A DNA stretch of 64,000 nt, taken from positions 19,725 to 83,724 of the forward strand of contig QHTZ01000081.1 in NCBI GenBank assembly GCA_003221005.1. Reading direction: 5' to 3'. The notes beneath the pieces are model-generated. The model saw only the letters and a program-made list of their open reading frames with translations. It searched no databases and was not told the DNA's origin. Position numbers and translations under genes: made by a program. Below, piece by piece: positions 22,276 to 30,773 of the stretch. Origin of the DNA: Gemmatimonadota bacterium (GTDB lineage Bacteria; Gemmatimonadota; Gemmatimonadetes; Gemmatimonadales; GWC2-71-9). Within the stretch, counting starts at the first letter, position 1. Every line of letters starts with the position of its first letter.

Positions 22276-22596
22276 TCACCGAGTCTGAATCGAGAGGATT
22301 TCAACAACGGGTCCAACCATGCAATAGCTACCGTAATCAGCGCGGCGTAGTAGCCGGGCGCGGACCCGCAAGCCATCGCGCCGGAATTCGTCTGGCAAGT
22401 TGAGGGGGAGGTAGTGGACGCGCTCGCTGATGGCAATCGTCCAACATCCACCTTCGAGGTTGAGGAACTCGACTGCCGCGTTGACTGTCGCGAGCTTGCT
22501 CGACGCGAGGGGGTCGGTTGGCTGACGACACGCCAAGGCCGCTGCCAGAATTGAGGCGGTTATTCCGAGTCCGGTTGCCGACGGCCGACGAAGCAT
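22276..22596 (-). CDS. small lipoprotein, unknown function
   Basis: 106 aa. Lipobox LAAALAC. LEGGCWTI...YLPLNLPDEFRRDGLRV...CMVGPVVEILSI. Lower-GC stretch. Confidence 0.5.
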   Translation of the reverse strand: MLRRPSATGLGITASILAAALACRQPTDPLASSKLATVNAAVEFLNLEGGCWTIAISERVHYLPLNLPDEFRRDGLRVRARLLRRADYGSYCMVGPVVEILSIQTR

Positions 22597-22723
22597 GTGA
22601 TTTGGTCTTACGGTCGACTCTTGAGCCTGTTCCGCGCTGTCTAACGAGTATTATGAGCGGACGAGGGATGTCCAGTACGCACGTAGCTTCGTCTTCGTGG
22701 CGGGTATTGCGCCCGCGCCTCAC

Positions 22724-23347
22724 CTAGCTCTTCTCCCCCGCCCACAACCCCTGCCCCGCCGCGAGCTGCCGGATCCCGGGCGGCGGCACGACATCCTCCC
22801 GCTCGACCACGAACCGCCGTCCTCTGAGCAGCACGCGCTGGCCTTCCTCGAACCACGGCGGAGCCGCCACGTCCGCCCCCAGGACGACGCCGCGCGCCAT
22901 CGCCGGACGCAGCGGAATCACTCCCGCCGCGCGCACCAGGCTGAGCACCGGCAATTCCTCCGCATCGCTCGGCGCATTCACGCCGATGAAGTGAACCCCA
23001 CCCCTCAGTCCCGCTAGGCCCACCGCGTGCCGCACTCCGTCACCCACGAGCACGATGAAGCCGCCGGGGCCGGAGAGATCGAGGAGGGCCTGGAGGGTCT
23101 GTGCGTCATCGGGACGAAGGACGGGGGACGGGGGACGGGTGGCGGCGGGGCCACGTCCCACGTCCCTCGTCCCCCGTCCCGTGAAATCGACGACCCCGTG
23201 CACAATCGGATACTCCCGCTTGCAAATGGGACATCCCACGATCCCCGAGCGTACCATCCGTCCGAGCATCTCGCCCGTCGACAACACGAGGACGCCGAGC
23301 TCGTGCGGCTCGGGGCAGCGCAGCATCTCCGTCAACTCGATGTGCAT
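22724..23347 (-). CDS. Trm112-like zinc-ribbon protein fused to a degenerate methyltransferase-like domain; carries an in-frame repeat
   Basis: 207 aa. MLRCPEPHE...GCPICKREYPIVHGVVDF is the Trm112 pattern. C-terminal part DLSGPGGFIVLVGDG is Rossmann-like. Confidence 0.6.
   Translation of the reverse strand: MHIELTEMLRCPEPHELGVLVLSTGEMLGRMVRSGIVGCPICKREYPIVHGVVDFTGRGTRDVGRGPAATRPPSPVLRPDDAQTLQALLDLSGPGGFIVLVGDGVRHAVGLAGLRGGVHFIGVNAPSDAEELPVLSLVRAAGVIPLRPAMARGVVLGADVAAPPWFEEGQRVLLRGRRFVVEREDVVPPPGIRQLAAGQGLWAGEKS
23111..23181. repeat. inverted heptamer-array repeat (GGGACGG / CCGTCCC arms) inside a CDS
   Basis: GGGACGAAGGACGGGGGACGGGGGACGG (left), 14-nt centre, ACGTCCCACGTCCCTCGTCCCCCGTCCCG (right). 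About 24 of 28 positions complementary by hand count. Encodes TGRGTRDVGRGPAATRPPSPVLRP. Confidence 0.8.
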
Positions 23348-23355
23348 CGGCGCGC

Positions 23356-24081
23356 TCAGCCCCGTCGCGTGTACCCGCTCGGCAGCAAGCGGATCTCGGT
23401 CACGTCGACCCGCAGCGGCTGCGTCACCGCGAACACCACGGCCGCTGCGACGTCCTCGGCATGCAACATGTCCCTGCGTTTGGTGAATCCCGGCTTGGAA
23501 TCCGGATCCACGTCGTCCCAGAGGTCGGTGTCGACCGGCCCCGGCGAGACCAACGTCGTGCGCACGCCGCTGCCCGCCAGCTCGACGGCGAGCACTCGGT
23601 GCATTCCCCGGAGCCCGAACTTGCTTGCCGCGTAAGCGGTCGACCCGGAGAACGCGACGTGATCGGCGATGCTCCCGATCGTCACCAGGTGACCGCTGCC
23701 GCGCTGGCGCAGCGCGGGCACGAGGAGGTGGGCGAGCAGGAAGGGGCCGGTGAGGTTGGTCGCGAGGGTCTCCGCGAACTCGCGGTATGTCGTGGCTTCC
23801 ACCGGCTTCACGTAGAACACGCCTGCGTTGCTGACCACGATGTCGGGGAGGCCGAGCTCAGCCTGGATCCGCGCCAGCGCTCGCTCCACGGCGGCGGGGT
23901 CCGTCACGTCGCAATGCACGTCGGTCTGGCGCTCGGTCGCGCGATCCTCGAGACTGCGCGCCAGGCGCACCACGTGCGCCCCAGCCGTGCGCAGCGCGTC
24001 CGCGACGGCGCGCCCGATCCCCCGCGAGGCGCCCGTCACGAGCGCGACCTTCCCCTCGAGCGAGATCGTCGCGGCGGTCAC
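23356..24081 (-). CDS. short-chain dehydrogenase/reductase (possible sepiapterin-reductase role by context)
   Basis: GTG at 24081 (GTGA overlap with the folE stop). [19 protein letters not shown] and YAASK catalytic motif. About 241 aa. Confidence 0.85.
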   Translation of the reverse strand: MTAATISLEGKVALVTGASRGIGRAVADALRTAGAHVVRLARSLEDRATERQTDVHCDVTDPAAVERALARIQAELGLPDIVVSNAGVFYVKPVEATTYREFAETLATNLTGPFLLAHLLVPALRQRGSGHLVTIGSIADHVAFSGSTAYAASKFGLRGMHRVLAVELAGSGVRTTLVSPGPVDTDLWDDVDPDSKPGFTKRRDMLHAEDVAAAVVFAVTQPLRVDVTEIRLLPSGYTRRG

Positions 24082-24575
24082 TCCGCCGCGCGGCCGCCGT
24101 GCACCAGACGCAGGAACTCGTCGCGCGTCTTCGCGTCCTGGAGCAGCGCGCCGCGCAGCGCGCTCGTCACCGTCTTCGAGTTTTGCTTCTCCACGCCGCG
24201 CATCATCATGCAGAGGTGGTACGCCTCGATCACGACGCCCACCCCCAAGGGATCGAGCACCTCCATCAGCGCGTCGGCCACCTGATCGGTGAGCCGCTCC
24301 TGCACCTGGAGGCGCCGCGCGAACACCTCGATCACGCGGGGGATCTTGGAGAGCCCGACGAGCCGGCCGTTCGGGAGGTAGGCCACGTGCGCTCGCCCAT
24401 AGAACGGGAGCATGTGGTGCTCGCACAGCGAGTAGATCTCGATGTCGCGGACGCACACTAAGTTGTCGTGCCGCTCAGTGTACAGGGCGTCGCCGATCAC
24501 GTCCGCGACGGACACGTCGTAGCCGCGCGTCAGCCACTTGAGCGAGGCCGCGACGCGCGCCGGCGTCTGGCGCAC
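24078..24575 (-). CDS. folE: GTP cyclohydrolase I (intact ORF portion; N-terminal ~24 codons appear to lie in another frame up to ATG 24646)
   Basis: [57 protein letters not shown]. Confidence 0.85.
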   Translation of the reverse strand: MRQTPARVAASLKWLTRGYDVSVADVIGDALYTERHDNLVCVRDIEIYSLCEHHMLPFYGRAHVAYLPNGRLVGLSKIPRVIEVFARRLQVQERLTDQVADALMEVLDPLGVGVVIEAYHLCMMMRGVEKQNSKTVTSALRGALLQDAKTRDEFLRLVHGGRAAE

Positions 24576-24650
24576 GAGGGCGCCGCCTCGGACGCCGGCG
24601 GCTCCACATGCTCTTCGTGGAAGCTGTGCAGGCTCGCCGACTTCATCTTG

Positions 24651-25064
24651 TCACGTCCCATCATAGTCCACGTAGTTCCGATCCGTCTCCCAGAGACGGA
24701 TCCGTTTGAGGGTGGCCGGCCGCACGGCTGGCTGAAGCACGCGCCAGCACACGACCGCGATGTTCTCGGCGGTCGGATTCAGGCCGGCGAACCAGGGCAC
24801 GTCGACGTTCAAGTTCTTGTGGTCGAGATGGCTCACCACGCACTCCGTCGCGATCTGCTTCAACCGCTGCACGTCCATGACGTAGCCCGTGGCGGGGTCG
24901 ATCTCCCCCTCCACCGAGATGTCAAGGTCGTAATTGTGCCCGTGATAGTTCGGGTTGTTACAGACGCCGAACACGCCCGCGTTCTCGGCATCGGAGAAGC
25001 TCGGGTTCCACAGGCGATGAGCGGCGCTGAAGTGGACGCGGCGAGTGATGACGCATCGCGGCAT
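24651..25064 (-). CDS. 6-pyruvoyl-tetrahydropterin synthase (QueD/PTPS family, animal-type motif spacing)
   Basis: 137 aa. CNNPNYHGHNY, GEIDPATGYVMD, LDHKNLNVDVPWF and ETDRNYVDYDG. Confidence 0.9.
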   Translation of the reverse strand: MPRCVITRRVHFSAAHRLWNPSFSDAENAGVFGVCNNPNYHGHNYDLDISVEGEIDPATGYVMDVQRLKQIATECVVSHLDHKNLNVDVPWFAGLNPTAENIAVVCWRVLQPAVRPATLKRIRLWETDRNYVDYDGT

Positions 25065-25103
25065 GCTTGTAGGCCCTCCCGGACAGGACTATCTTCGGCG
25101 CTC

Positions 25104-26351
25104 GTGCGCCTAAAGGTACTCGCTTCCCTGTCGGCGGCGGGAGGCTCCGCGCTTGCCGCGCTGTGGACCTTTCCGACCCTGCTCGCGTCCGCGTTCCTCG
25201 TCGCCTGGGGCGCGGAAGCGGCGCAGTTCCTCATCTCCCAGGGCCTGGCCCTCGCGGTGCTGGCGTGGCTTCAGACTGCGCCCGAATTCGCGGTCGAGGC
25301 GGTCATCGCATGGGACGCGGGACGCGAACCGGCGCGGGCCCAGCTCGCTATCGCGAACCTCACCGGAGCGATCCGCCTGCTGCTCGGCTTCGGCTGGCCC
25401 CTGGTGTACGGCGTGTACGCCGTCGCCAGCCGCCGCCGCGGCGGGCCGGCCCTCCCCACGATCACGCTTCAGCGCGAGCACGCGGTCGAGGTGCTCGCGC
25501 TCATCCCGGTGCTGCTCTACTTCGGCATCATCCTCGCCAAAGGATCGTTCGGCGCCGGGGACGCGGCGGTGCTGACCGCGATGTACGGCGGCTACCTCTG
25601 GCTCCTCGCGGGCCATCCTCCCCACGCCGTCGAGCAGGCGGCGGACGCGCCCGCGGTGTCGCGCTGGGCGCTGCGCCAACAGCCCGGCTGGCGCCGGCGG
25701 GCGGCCATCGGCGGGCTGTTCGCCGCGGGGGGCGCGCTGTTGTTCGTGACCGCCCACCCGTTCCTCGAGTCGATGCTCGCCGTGGCGGCGATCCTCGGGA
25801 TCGGCGAGTTCTTCCTGGTGCAGTGGGTGGCGCCGTTTCTCTCCGAATTCCCGGAAATGGTTTCGACGGTCGCGTGGGCGCGGCGCGTGAAGCCAGCGCC
25901 GCTCGCCCTGATGAACCTCGTGTCGAGCAACATCAACCAGTGGACGGTGCTCGCGGCGATGATCCCGCTCGTCTTCGGGTACTCGCACTGGCATCACCAC
26001 GGTACCTGGACGGCGTTCCACTTCGATCGCGCGCAGCAGCTCGAGCTCGTGCTCACGCTGCTGCAGACGGGGCTCGGGGTGCTGCTGCTCGCGACACTCG
26101 AGTTCGGGGCGCCGGCGGCAGGGTTGCTGTTCCTGCTGTGGCTCGTCCAGTTCCTGCTCCCCGACTGGCGCGGCGCGGTGGCGTGGGCCTATGGCGCGTG
26201 GATGGCCGTGCTCGTGATCCTGTTCCTCACCCGGCGGCTGCCGCTGCGCGCGCCGGCGGCCTTCCGCGAGACGATGCGGCAGAAACACGATCGGCCGGCC
26301 CCGCGTATGGCAGGCCGGCCGACCGGTAAAGGGAACGAAGAGGATTATTGA
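25104..26351 (+). CDS. CaCA-family (sodium/calcium exchanger-like) membrane protein
   Basis: GTG at 25104 inside track ORF 24468..26351. Polytopic. Two alpha-repeat-like motifs (LQTAPEFAVE and FLSEFPEMV). Confidence 0.65.
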   Translation: MRLKVLASLSAAGGSALAALWTFPTLLASAFLVAWGAEAAQFLISQGLALAVLAWLQTAPEFAVEAVIAWDAGREPARAQLAIANLTGAIRLLLGFGWPLVYGVYAVASRRRGGPALPTITLQREHAVEVLALIPVLLYFGIILAKGSFGAGDAAVLTAMYGGYLWLLAGHPPHAVEQAADAPAVSRWALRQQPGWRRRAAIGGLFAAGGALLFVTAHPFLESMLAVAAILGIGEFFLVQWVAPFLSEFPEMVSTVAWARRVKPAPLALMNLVSSNINQWTVLAAMIPLVFGYSHWHHHGTWTAFHFDRAQQLELVLTLLQTGLGVLLLATLEFGAPAAGLLFLLWLVQFLLPDWRGAVAWAYGAWMAVLVILFLTRRLPLRAPAAFRETMRQKHDRPAPRMAGRPTGKGNEEDY

Positions 26352-26451
26352 AGCCCGAAGAGAATGACTGGTCCCTCACCGTAGCGTCTGTCTTCCCCAC
26401 GCGGGGGCCTGACATTGGTTACAGTATCCGGGTCCACTATCGAGCCTGTTG

Positions 26452-26492
26452 GCTCAATAATTGAGCTCTCCGTCCCCGACCCGTGGTAGAAT
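26452..26492 (+). promoter_or_regulatory. 15-bp palindrome plus extended -10-like element
   Basis: GCTCAAT-a-ATTGAGC (26452-26466), then TGgTAGAAT (26484-26492), in the AT-richer 190-bp gap upstream of the small membrane protein and M13 peptidase. Confidence 0.3.
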
Positions 26493-26542
26493 ACACGGGG
26501 GGACGGCGCCGTCAAGACGACTCCGCACGAACGGAACGTTCC

Positions 26543-26704
26543 ATGAACCTCACGTTGCTCGCTGCCATCGGCTGCCTCGCGGCCTGGCTCGCGCTGGTGT
26601 TCGTCGCACACCTGGGGGGCGGCACAGTGCAGCTGCTCTGGGCGGCCGCGGTGATCCTGTTCGCCCGGCGCGTGCTCGCCGGCGCACCCAAGTTTCTCTC
26701 CTGA
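26543..26704 (+). CDS. small two-helix membrane protein (lmo0937/DUF5670-like)
   Basis: ATG at 26543. MNLTLLAAIGCLAAWLALVFVAHLGGGTVQLLWAAAVILFARRVL. Its stop overlaps the ATG of the next gene by 1 nt. Confidence 0.45.
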   Translation: MNLTLLAAIGCLAAWLALVFVAHLGGGTVQLLWAAAVILFARRVLAGAPKFLS

Positions 26705-28758
26705 TGGAGGCTACTCCCATGATCGCCTGCCGCCGGTTCCTGCTCGCCAGCGCGCTCGTGGCCGTCGCCACAGCTGCGCCTGTCGCCGCCCAGCGCGGCG
26801 TGAATCGGGCCTACCTCGACACGAGCTGCGCGCCTTGCAGCGATTTCTTCGGGTTCGCGAACGGCGCTTGGGTCAAGACCGCGACCATCCCGGCCGCGTA
26901 CGCGAGCACCGGGGCCGCCCGCGAGCTGTACGACCGCAACCAGGAGACGCTGCGCAAGGTGCTCGAGCGTGCCGCGGCGGCCGCTGACACGACGCACGAC
27001 GCCACGCTCAAGAAGCTCGGCGCCTTCTACGGGAGTTGCATGGACTCCGTAGCCGCCGAGCGGGCGGGGGCGGCGCCGATCGCCGACGAGCTGCGCCGTA
27101 TCGACGCGATCCGCACCGTGCGCGACCTGCAAGACGCAATCGTCCGCTTCAACCGGCTTCAGATCTTCGCGCCATTCTCTTTCTCGGCAGAGGCCGATCC
27201 CAAGGAGAGCTCGCACAACATCGGACAGCTGTACCAGGCCGGGCTCGGGCTCCCCGACCGGGACTACTACCTGAAGACCGACGCCGCCTCGGACTCGCTA
27301 CGCCAGAAGTACGTGGCCCACGTGGCGCGCACGCTCGCCCTGCTCGGCACGCCGTCCTCCCAGGCTGAGCAGGACGCCCAGCGCGCGATGCGCTTCGAGA
27401 CTGCGCTCGCCGAGTCATCGATGACGCTCGTCGCCCAGCGCGATCCCAACGCCATCTACCACAAGATGACGGTGCGGGAGCTACAAGCCCTCGCTCCCGC
27501 CCTCGACTGGCCGGCTTTGTTTGGCGGGCTGGGGGTGCCGCTGGCCGATCCCGCGGCCGCGCTCGACGTCTCGCAGCCCGCATTCCTCCGGCTGGTGAGC
27601 GCCATGGTCCAGAGCACGCTCCTCGCCGACTGGCGGGTCTATCTGCGCTGGCAGCTTGCGGGCGCCACGGCGCCGACGCTCAGCAGCGGGTTCTTCAATG
27701 AGGACTTCCAGTTCCAGACGGTGCTGCGGGGCGTCAAGGAGCCGCTACCCCGCTGGAAGCGGTGCGCGGCGGCGGCGGACGACGCGTTGGGGGAGGCGCT
27801 GGGCAAGGCCTACGTGGCGAGCGAGTTCTCGCCCGCGGCGAAGGCTCACGTCGTCGAGATCGTCGACAATCTCAAGGAGGCCCTGGCCGCGCGCATCCGG
27901 CAGCTCGACTGGATGAGCGACTCAACCAAGGCTCACGCCTTCGCCAAGCTCGACGCGATCGTCAAGAAGATCGGGTACCCGGACCACTGGCGGGACTACT
28001 CGGCGCTCGAGGCCCGAGGGGTGTGGCCCTACGCCGCGAACGTGCTGCAGGCGCGCGAGTTCGAGCAGCGGCGCCAGCTCGCGAAGGTCGGCCGTGCGGT
28101 GGACAAGACCGAGTGGGGGATGACGCCGCCTACCGTGAATGCCTACTACAACCCGTCGTTCAACGAGATCGTGTTCCCTGCCGGGATCCTCCAGCCGCCG
28201 TATTTCGACCCAGCGGCCGACGATGCGGTCAACTACGGGGCGATCGGGGCGGTGATCGGCCACGAGCTCACGCATGGCTTCGACGACCAGGGGCGCCAAT
28301 TCGACGCCCAGGGCAACCTGCGCGACTGGTGGACCGCGGAAGACGCCCGGCGGTTCACGGAGCGGGCGCAGCGGGTCGTGGCGCAGTTCAACGGCTACGT
28401 CGCGGTCGACACGTTCCACGTGAACGGGCAGCTCACGCTGGGCGAAAACATCGCCGACCTGGGCGGGCTCACCATCGCCTACTACGCCTTCGAGCAGTCG
28501 CTCGCAGGCAAGCCGCGCCCTCGCGACATCGACGGCTTCACACCGGAGCAGCGCCTTTTCCTTGCCTTCGCGCAGGGTTGGCGCAACCGCACGCGGCCGG
28601 AGACCCTGCGGCTCCGCACCCTCACCGACCCGCACTCGCCGCCGCACGGGCGCGTGAACGGGCCCACGTCGAACATGCCGGAGTTCGCCCGCGCCTTCGG
28701 GTGCAAGGCCGGAGACGCCATGCTCCGGCCCGACAGCGTCCGCGCGGAGGTGTGGTAG
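26704..28758 (+). CDS. M13 family zinc metallopeptidase (PepO/endothelin-converting-enzyme-like)
   Basis: ATG at 26704 inside track ORF 26461..28758. Signal peptide. VIGHELTHGFDDQG zincin motif. GENIADLGG. Confidence 0.9.
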   Translation: MEATPMIACRRFLLASALVAVATAAPVAAQRGVNRAYLDTSCAPCSDFFGFANGAWVKTATIPAAYASTGAARELYDRNQETLRKVLERAAAAADTTHDATLKKLGAFYGSCMDSVAAERAGAAPIADELRRIDAIRTVRDLQDAIVRFNRLQIFAPFSFSAEADPKESSHNIGQLYQAGLGLPDRDYYLKTDAASDSLRQKYVAHVARTLALLGTPSSQAEQDAQRAMRFETALAESSMTLVAQRDPNAIYHKMTVRELQALAPALDWPALFGGLGVPLADPAAALDVSQPAFLRLVSAMVQSTLLADWRVYLRWQLAGATAPTLSSGFFNEDFQFQTVLRGVKEPLPRWKRCAAAADDALGEALGKAYVASEFSPAAKAHVVEIVDNLKEALAARIRQLDWMSDSTKAHAFAKLDAIVKKIGYPDHWRDYSALEARGVWPYAANVLQAREFEQRRQLAKVGRAVDKTEWGMTPPTVNAYYNPSFNEIVFPAGILQPPYFDPAADDAVNYGAIGAVIGHELTHGFDDQGRQFDAQGNLRDWWTAEDARRFTERAQRVVAQFNGYVAVDTFHVNGQLTLGENIADLGGLTIAYYAFEQSLAGKPRPRDIDGFTPEQRLFLAFAQGWRNRTRPETLRLRTLTDPHSPPHGRVNGPTSNMPEFARAFGCKAGDAMLRPDSVRAEVW

Positions 28759-28759
28759 G

Positions 28760-28828
28760 GGGGACGAGGGAGGTGGGACGGGGGACGGGTAAGACAACGG
28801 GGCGCCTGCTGATTAGCGGGCGCCCCGT
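28760..28828 (+). repeat. G-arm plus hairpin repeat element in a convergent intergenic gap
   Basis: GGGGACGAGGGAGGTGGGACGGGGGACGGGTA (28760-28791), spacer, then hairpin ACGGGGCGCC...GGCGCCCCGT (28797-28828). No U-tract after the hairpin. Confidence 0.8.
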
Positions 28829-28854
28829 GCCACAGTAACTCGCAGCGGCTTGCG

Positions 28855-29385
28855 TTACATCCCGAACGTGAACCCGAGCGTGACGGGGAAGAAGTTCGTC
28901 GCGCTGTTGCTGGTGCGGACTGAGATGAACCGCGCCTCGCCGAAGATGTGCATCGGCCCGAGACCGAGGGCGACCCCCGTGCCGCCGTCGAACGCAGGCT
29001 TGGACTGGGAAGTGCCCGATATGTCCACGCTATAGTAGCCCAGCCCCGCCAGCAGGTAGACCTTCACCGGCACCATCGGCGCGCCGATGTGATAGACCGC
29101 ATTAGCCGTCCCGCCGGTCAGCTTGGTGCCGCCGGAGAGCAAGCCGCCCTGGTGACTGGTGTGGCCGTACACGAGATCGGCACGGACCGAGAGCGGCGAG
29201 TGGGGCAGGCCCAGGTCGAGCGCGCCCATCAGGTGCCAACCGGCGTTGTCCAGAGTGGAGTAATCCCCCGACGGAACTACGCCGCCGAGGCCCAAGCTGA
29301 GGCGAGGCTTCTGCGCAGCCGCTGGCGAGGCGACGAGCGCCCCCATCCAGCCGAGGACCACCAAGCTCAACAGTACCCGTTTCAT
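28855..29385 (-). CDS. outer-membrane beta-barrel protein (OmpW/porin-like)
   Basis: ATG at 29385 with a GGAGG SD. Signal peptide MKRVLLSLVVLGWMGALVASPAAAQ. Alternating beta-strand pattern. C-terminal FTFGM. Confidence 0.65.
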   Translation of the reverse strand: MKRVLLSLVVLGWMGALVASPAAAQKPRLSLGLGGVVPSGDYSTLDNAGWHLMGALDLGLPHSPLSVRADLVYGHTSHQGGLLSGGTKLTGGTANAVYHIGAPMVPVKVYLLAGLGYYSVDISGTSQSKPAFDGGTGVALGLGPMHIFGEARFISVRTSNSATNFFPVTLGFTFGM

Positions 29386-29537
29386 TGGACTGCCTCCGCA
29401 TCGCAAGAACTGCAGGTGGGCCAGCGGGCGCGGGGCAGATGATAGAGATGGGGGGGCGGCCAGGACGTGATGCAGATCACCAATTTCGCTCAACTGATTG
29501 TGGCAATGCGGGTTAGCGCGAGGCCCGACGGCTCCGG

Positions 29538-30773
29538 TCAGCGTGTCAGCACCAGCGCGACCACGCCCCACGCGAGCGTGAGCGCGGTGACGGGCATGCC
29601 CACGCGGGCGTACTCCCAGAAGCCGATCGGCGCGCCGCGCTTCTCGGCGCGCTCGGCTACGATGAGGTTCGCCATCGACCCGATGAGCAGCAGGTTCCCG
29701 GCGAACGTCGAGCTCATCGCGACCACGCGCCACACGAGGTCCGAGTCGGGGAGGTTGGGCACCGTGTTGCGCCACAGGATGACCGCCGGCACGTTAGAGA
29801 TCAAGTTCGAGAGCCCCGTGAGCGCGGCGCTCACGACGACGGCGGCGCGCCACACCGTGCCGTGGCTCAGGAGCGACACCGCGTGGCGATCGATCCAGGC
29901 TACGGCGCCCGTCTGCTCGAAGCCGCGCATCACCACGAACAGAGAAGCGAAGAACAGCAGCAGCGACCACTCGACGCGGTCGATCGCGTAGGCCGGGTCG
30001 CGCTGCCCGAGCGCCACCATCGCGGCGCCCGCCGCGATCGCTACGAGGGGGAGCGGCCCGCCGGCGAGCCACGCCACGACGGCGCACCCGAACATCGCGA
30101 GCCCCTTCGCGACCAGCGGACGGTCGAGGGCGACGGGCACGGACTCGAGCCGCTCGCGGAACGGCTCGCGTAGCTCCGCGCCATAGACCCAGCGCAGGTA
30201 ACCGTAGGTGATCGCAAGCCCGCCGGCCGCCACCGGAAGCATGTGCGCGAGGAACCCGCCGAACGTCGCTCCGCTCCAGATCCCCACCAGCATGTTCTGC
30301 GGGTTTCCCGTGATCGACAGCACCGAGCCGACGTTGGAGCCCATCGCGAGGCCGATGAGATACGGGTTCGGTCGCACGCGCAGCGGGCCGAGCGCGGCGA
30401 GCAGCACCGGCGTGACGACGAGGCAGATCGTGTCGTTCACGAACAGCGCCGACAACAGGCCGCCCCCGATGACGACGCCGAGCAACAGCCGCTCGGGCGT
30501 GACCGCGCGCTTCAAGACCCATTCCGCCGCCCACTCGAAGAACTTCCCCACCTCGAGGTAGCCGACGATGAGCATGAGGCCCAGCAGGAAGACGAGAACG
30601 TCGAAATCGATGGCGGCGTAGGCGTCGGGGAGCGGCAGCACGCGGAACGCGACCATCGCAACCGCGCCGAGCAGGCTTGCGGCGGGCCGATTGAGGTGCA
30701 CGAAAGGCAGGCGCTGGACCGCGATGAGAAAGTAGGTCGCGGCGAAGATGATGAGGCCGGTCAGATCTCCCAG
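29538..30773 (-). CDS. ArsB/NhaD-superfamily anion permease; start codon unresolved
   Basis: Polytopic. LLSALFVNDTICLVVTP, GSNVGSVLSITGNPQNMLV, GNLLLIGSMANLIV. No ATG/GTG/TTG near the expected N-terminus (LGDLTGLIIFAATYF). Overlaps the GNAT stop. Confidence 0.75.
   Translation of the reverse strand: MGDLTGLIIFAATYFLIAVQRLPFVHLNRPAASLLGAVAMVAFRVLPLPDAYAAIDFDVLVFLLGLMLIVGYLEVGKFFEWAAEWVLKRAVTPERLLLGVVIGGGLLSALFVNDTICLVVTPVLLAALGPLRVRPNPYLIGLAMGSNVGSVLSITGNPQNMLVGIWSGATFGGFLAHMLPVAAGGLAITYGYLRWVYGAELREPFRERLESVPVALDRPLVAKGLAMFGCAVVAWLAGGPLPLVAIAAGAAMVALGQRDPAYAIDRVEWSLLLFFASLFVVMRGFEQTGAVAWIDRHAVSLLSHGTVWRAAVVVSAALTGLSNLISNVPAVILWRNTVPNLPDSDLVWRVVAMSSTFAGNLLLIGSMANLIVAERAEKRGAPIGFWEYARVGMPVTALTLAWGVVALVLTR

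Noticed and set aside
28797-28828. Canonical rho-independent terminator downstream of the M13 peptidase
   Set aside because: The GC stem is strong, but no T/U-run follows on either strand. It is kept only as part of the repeat element and as a possible non-canonical terminator.
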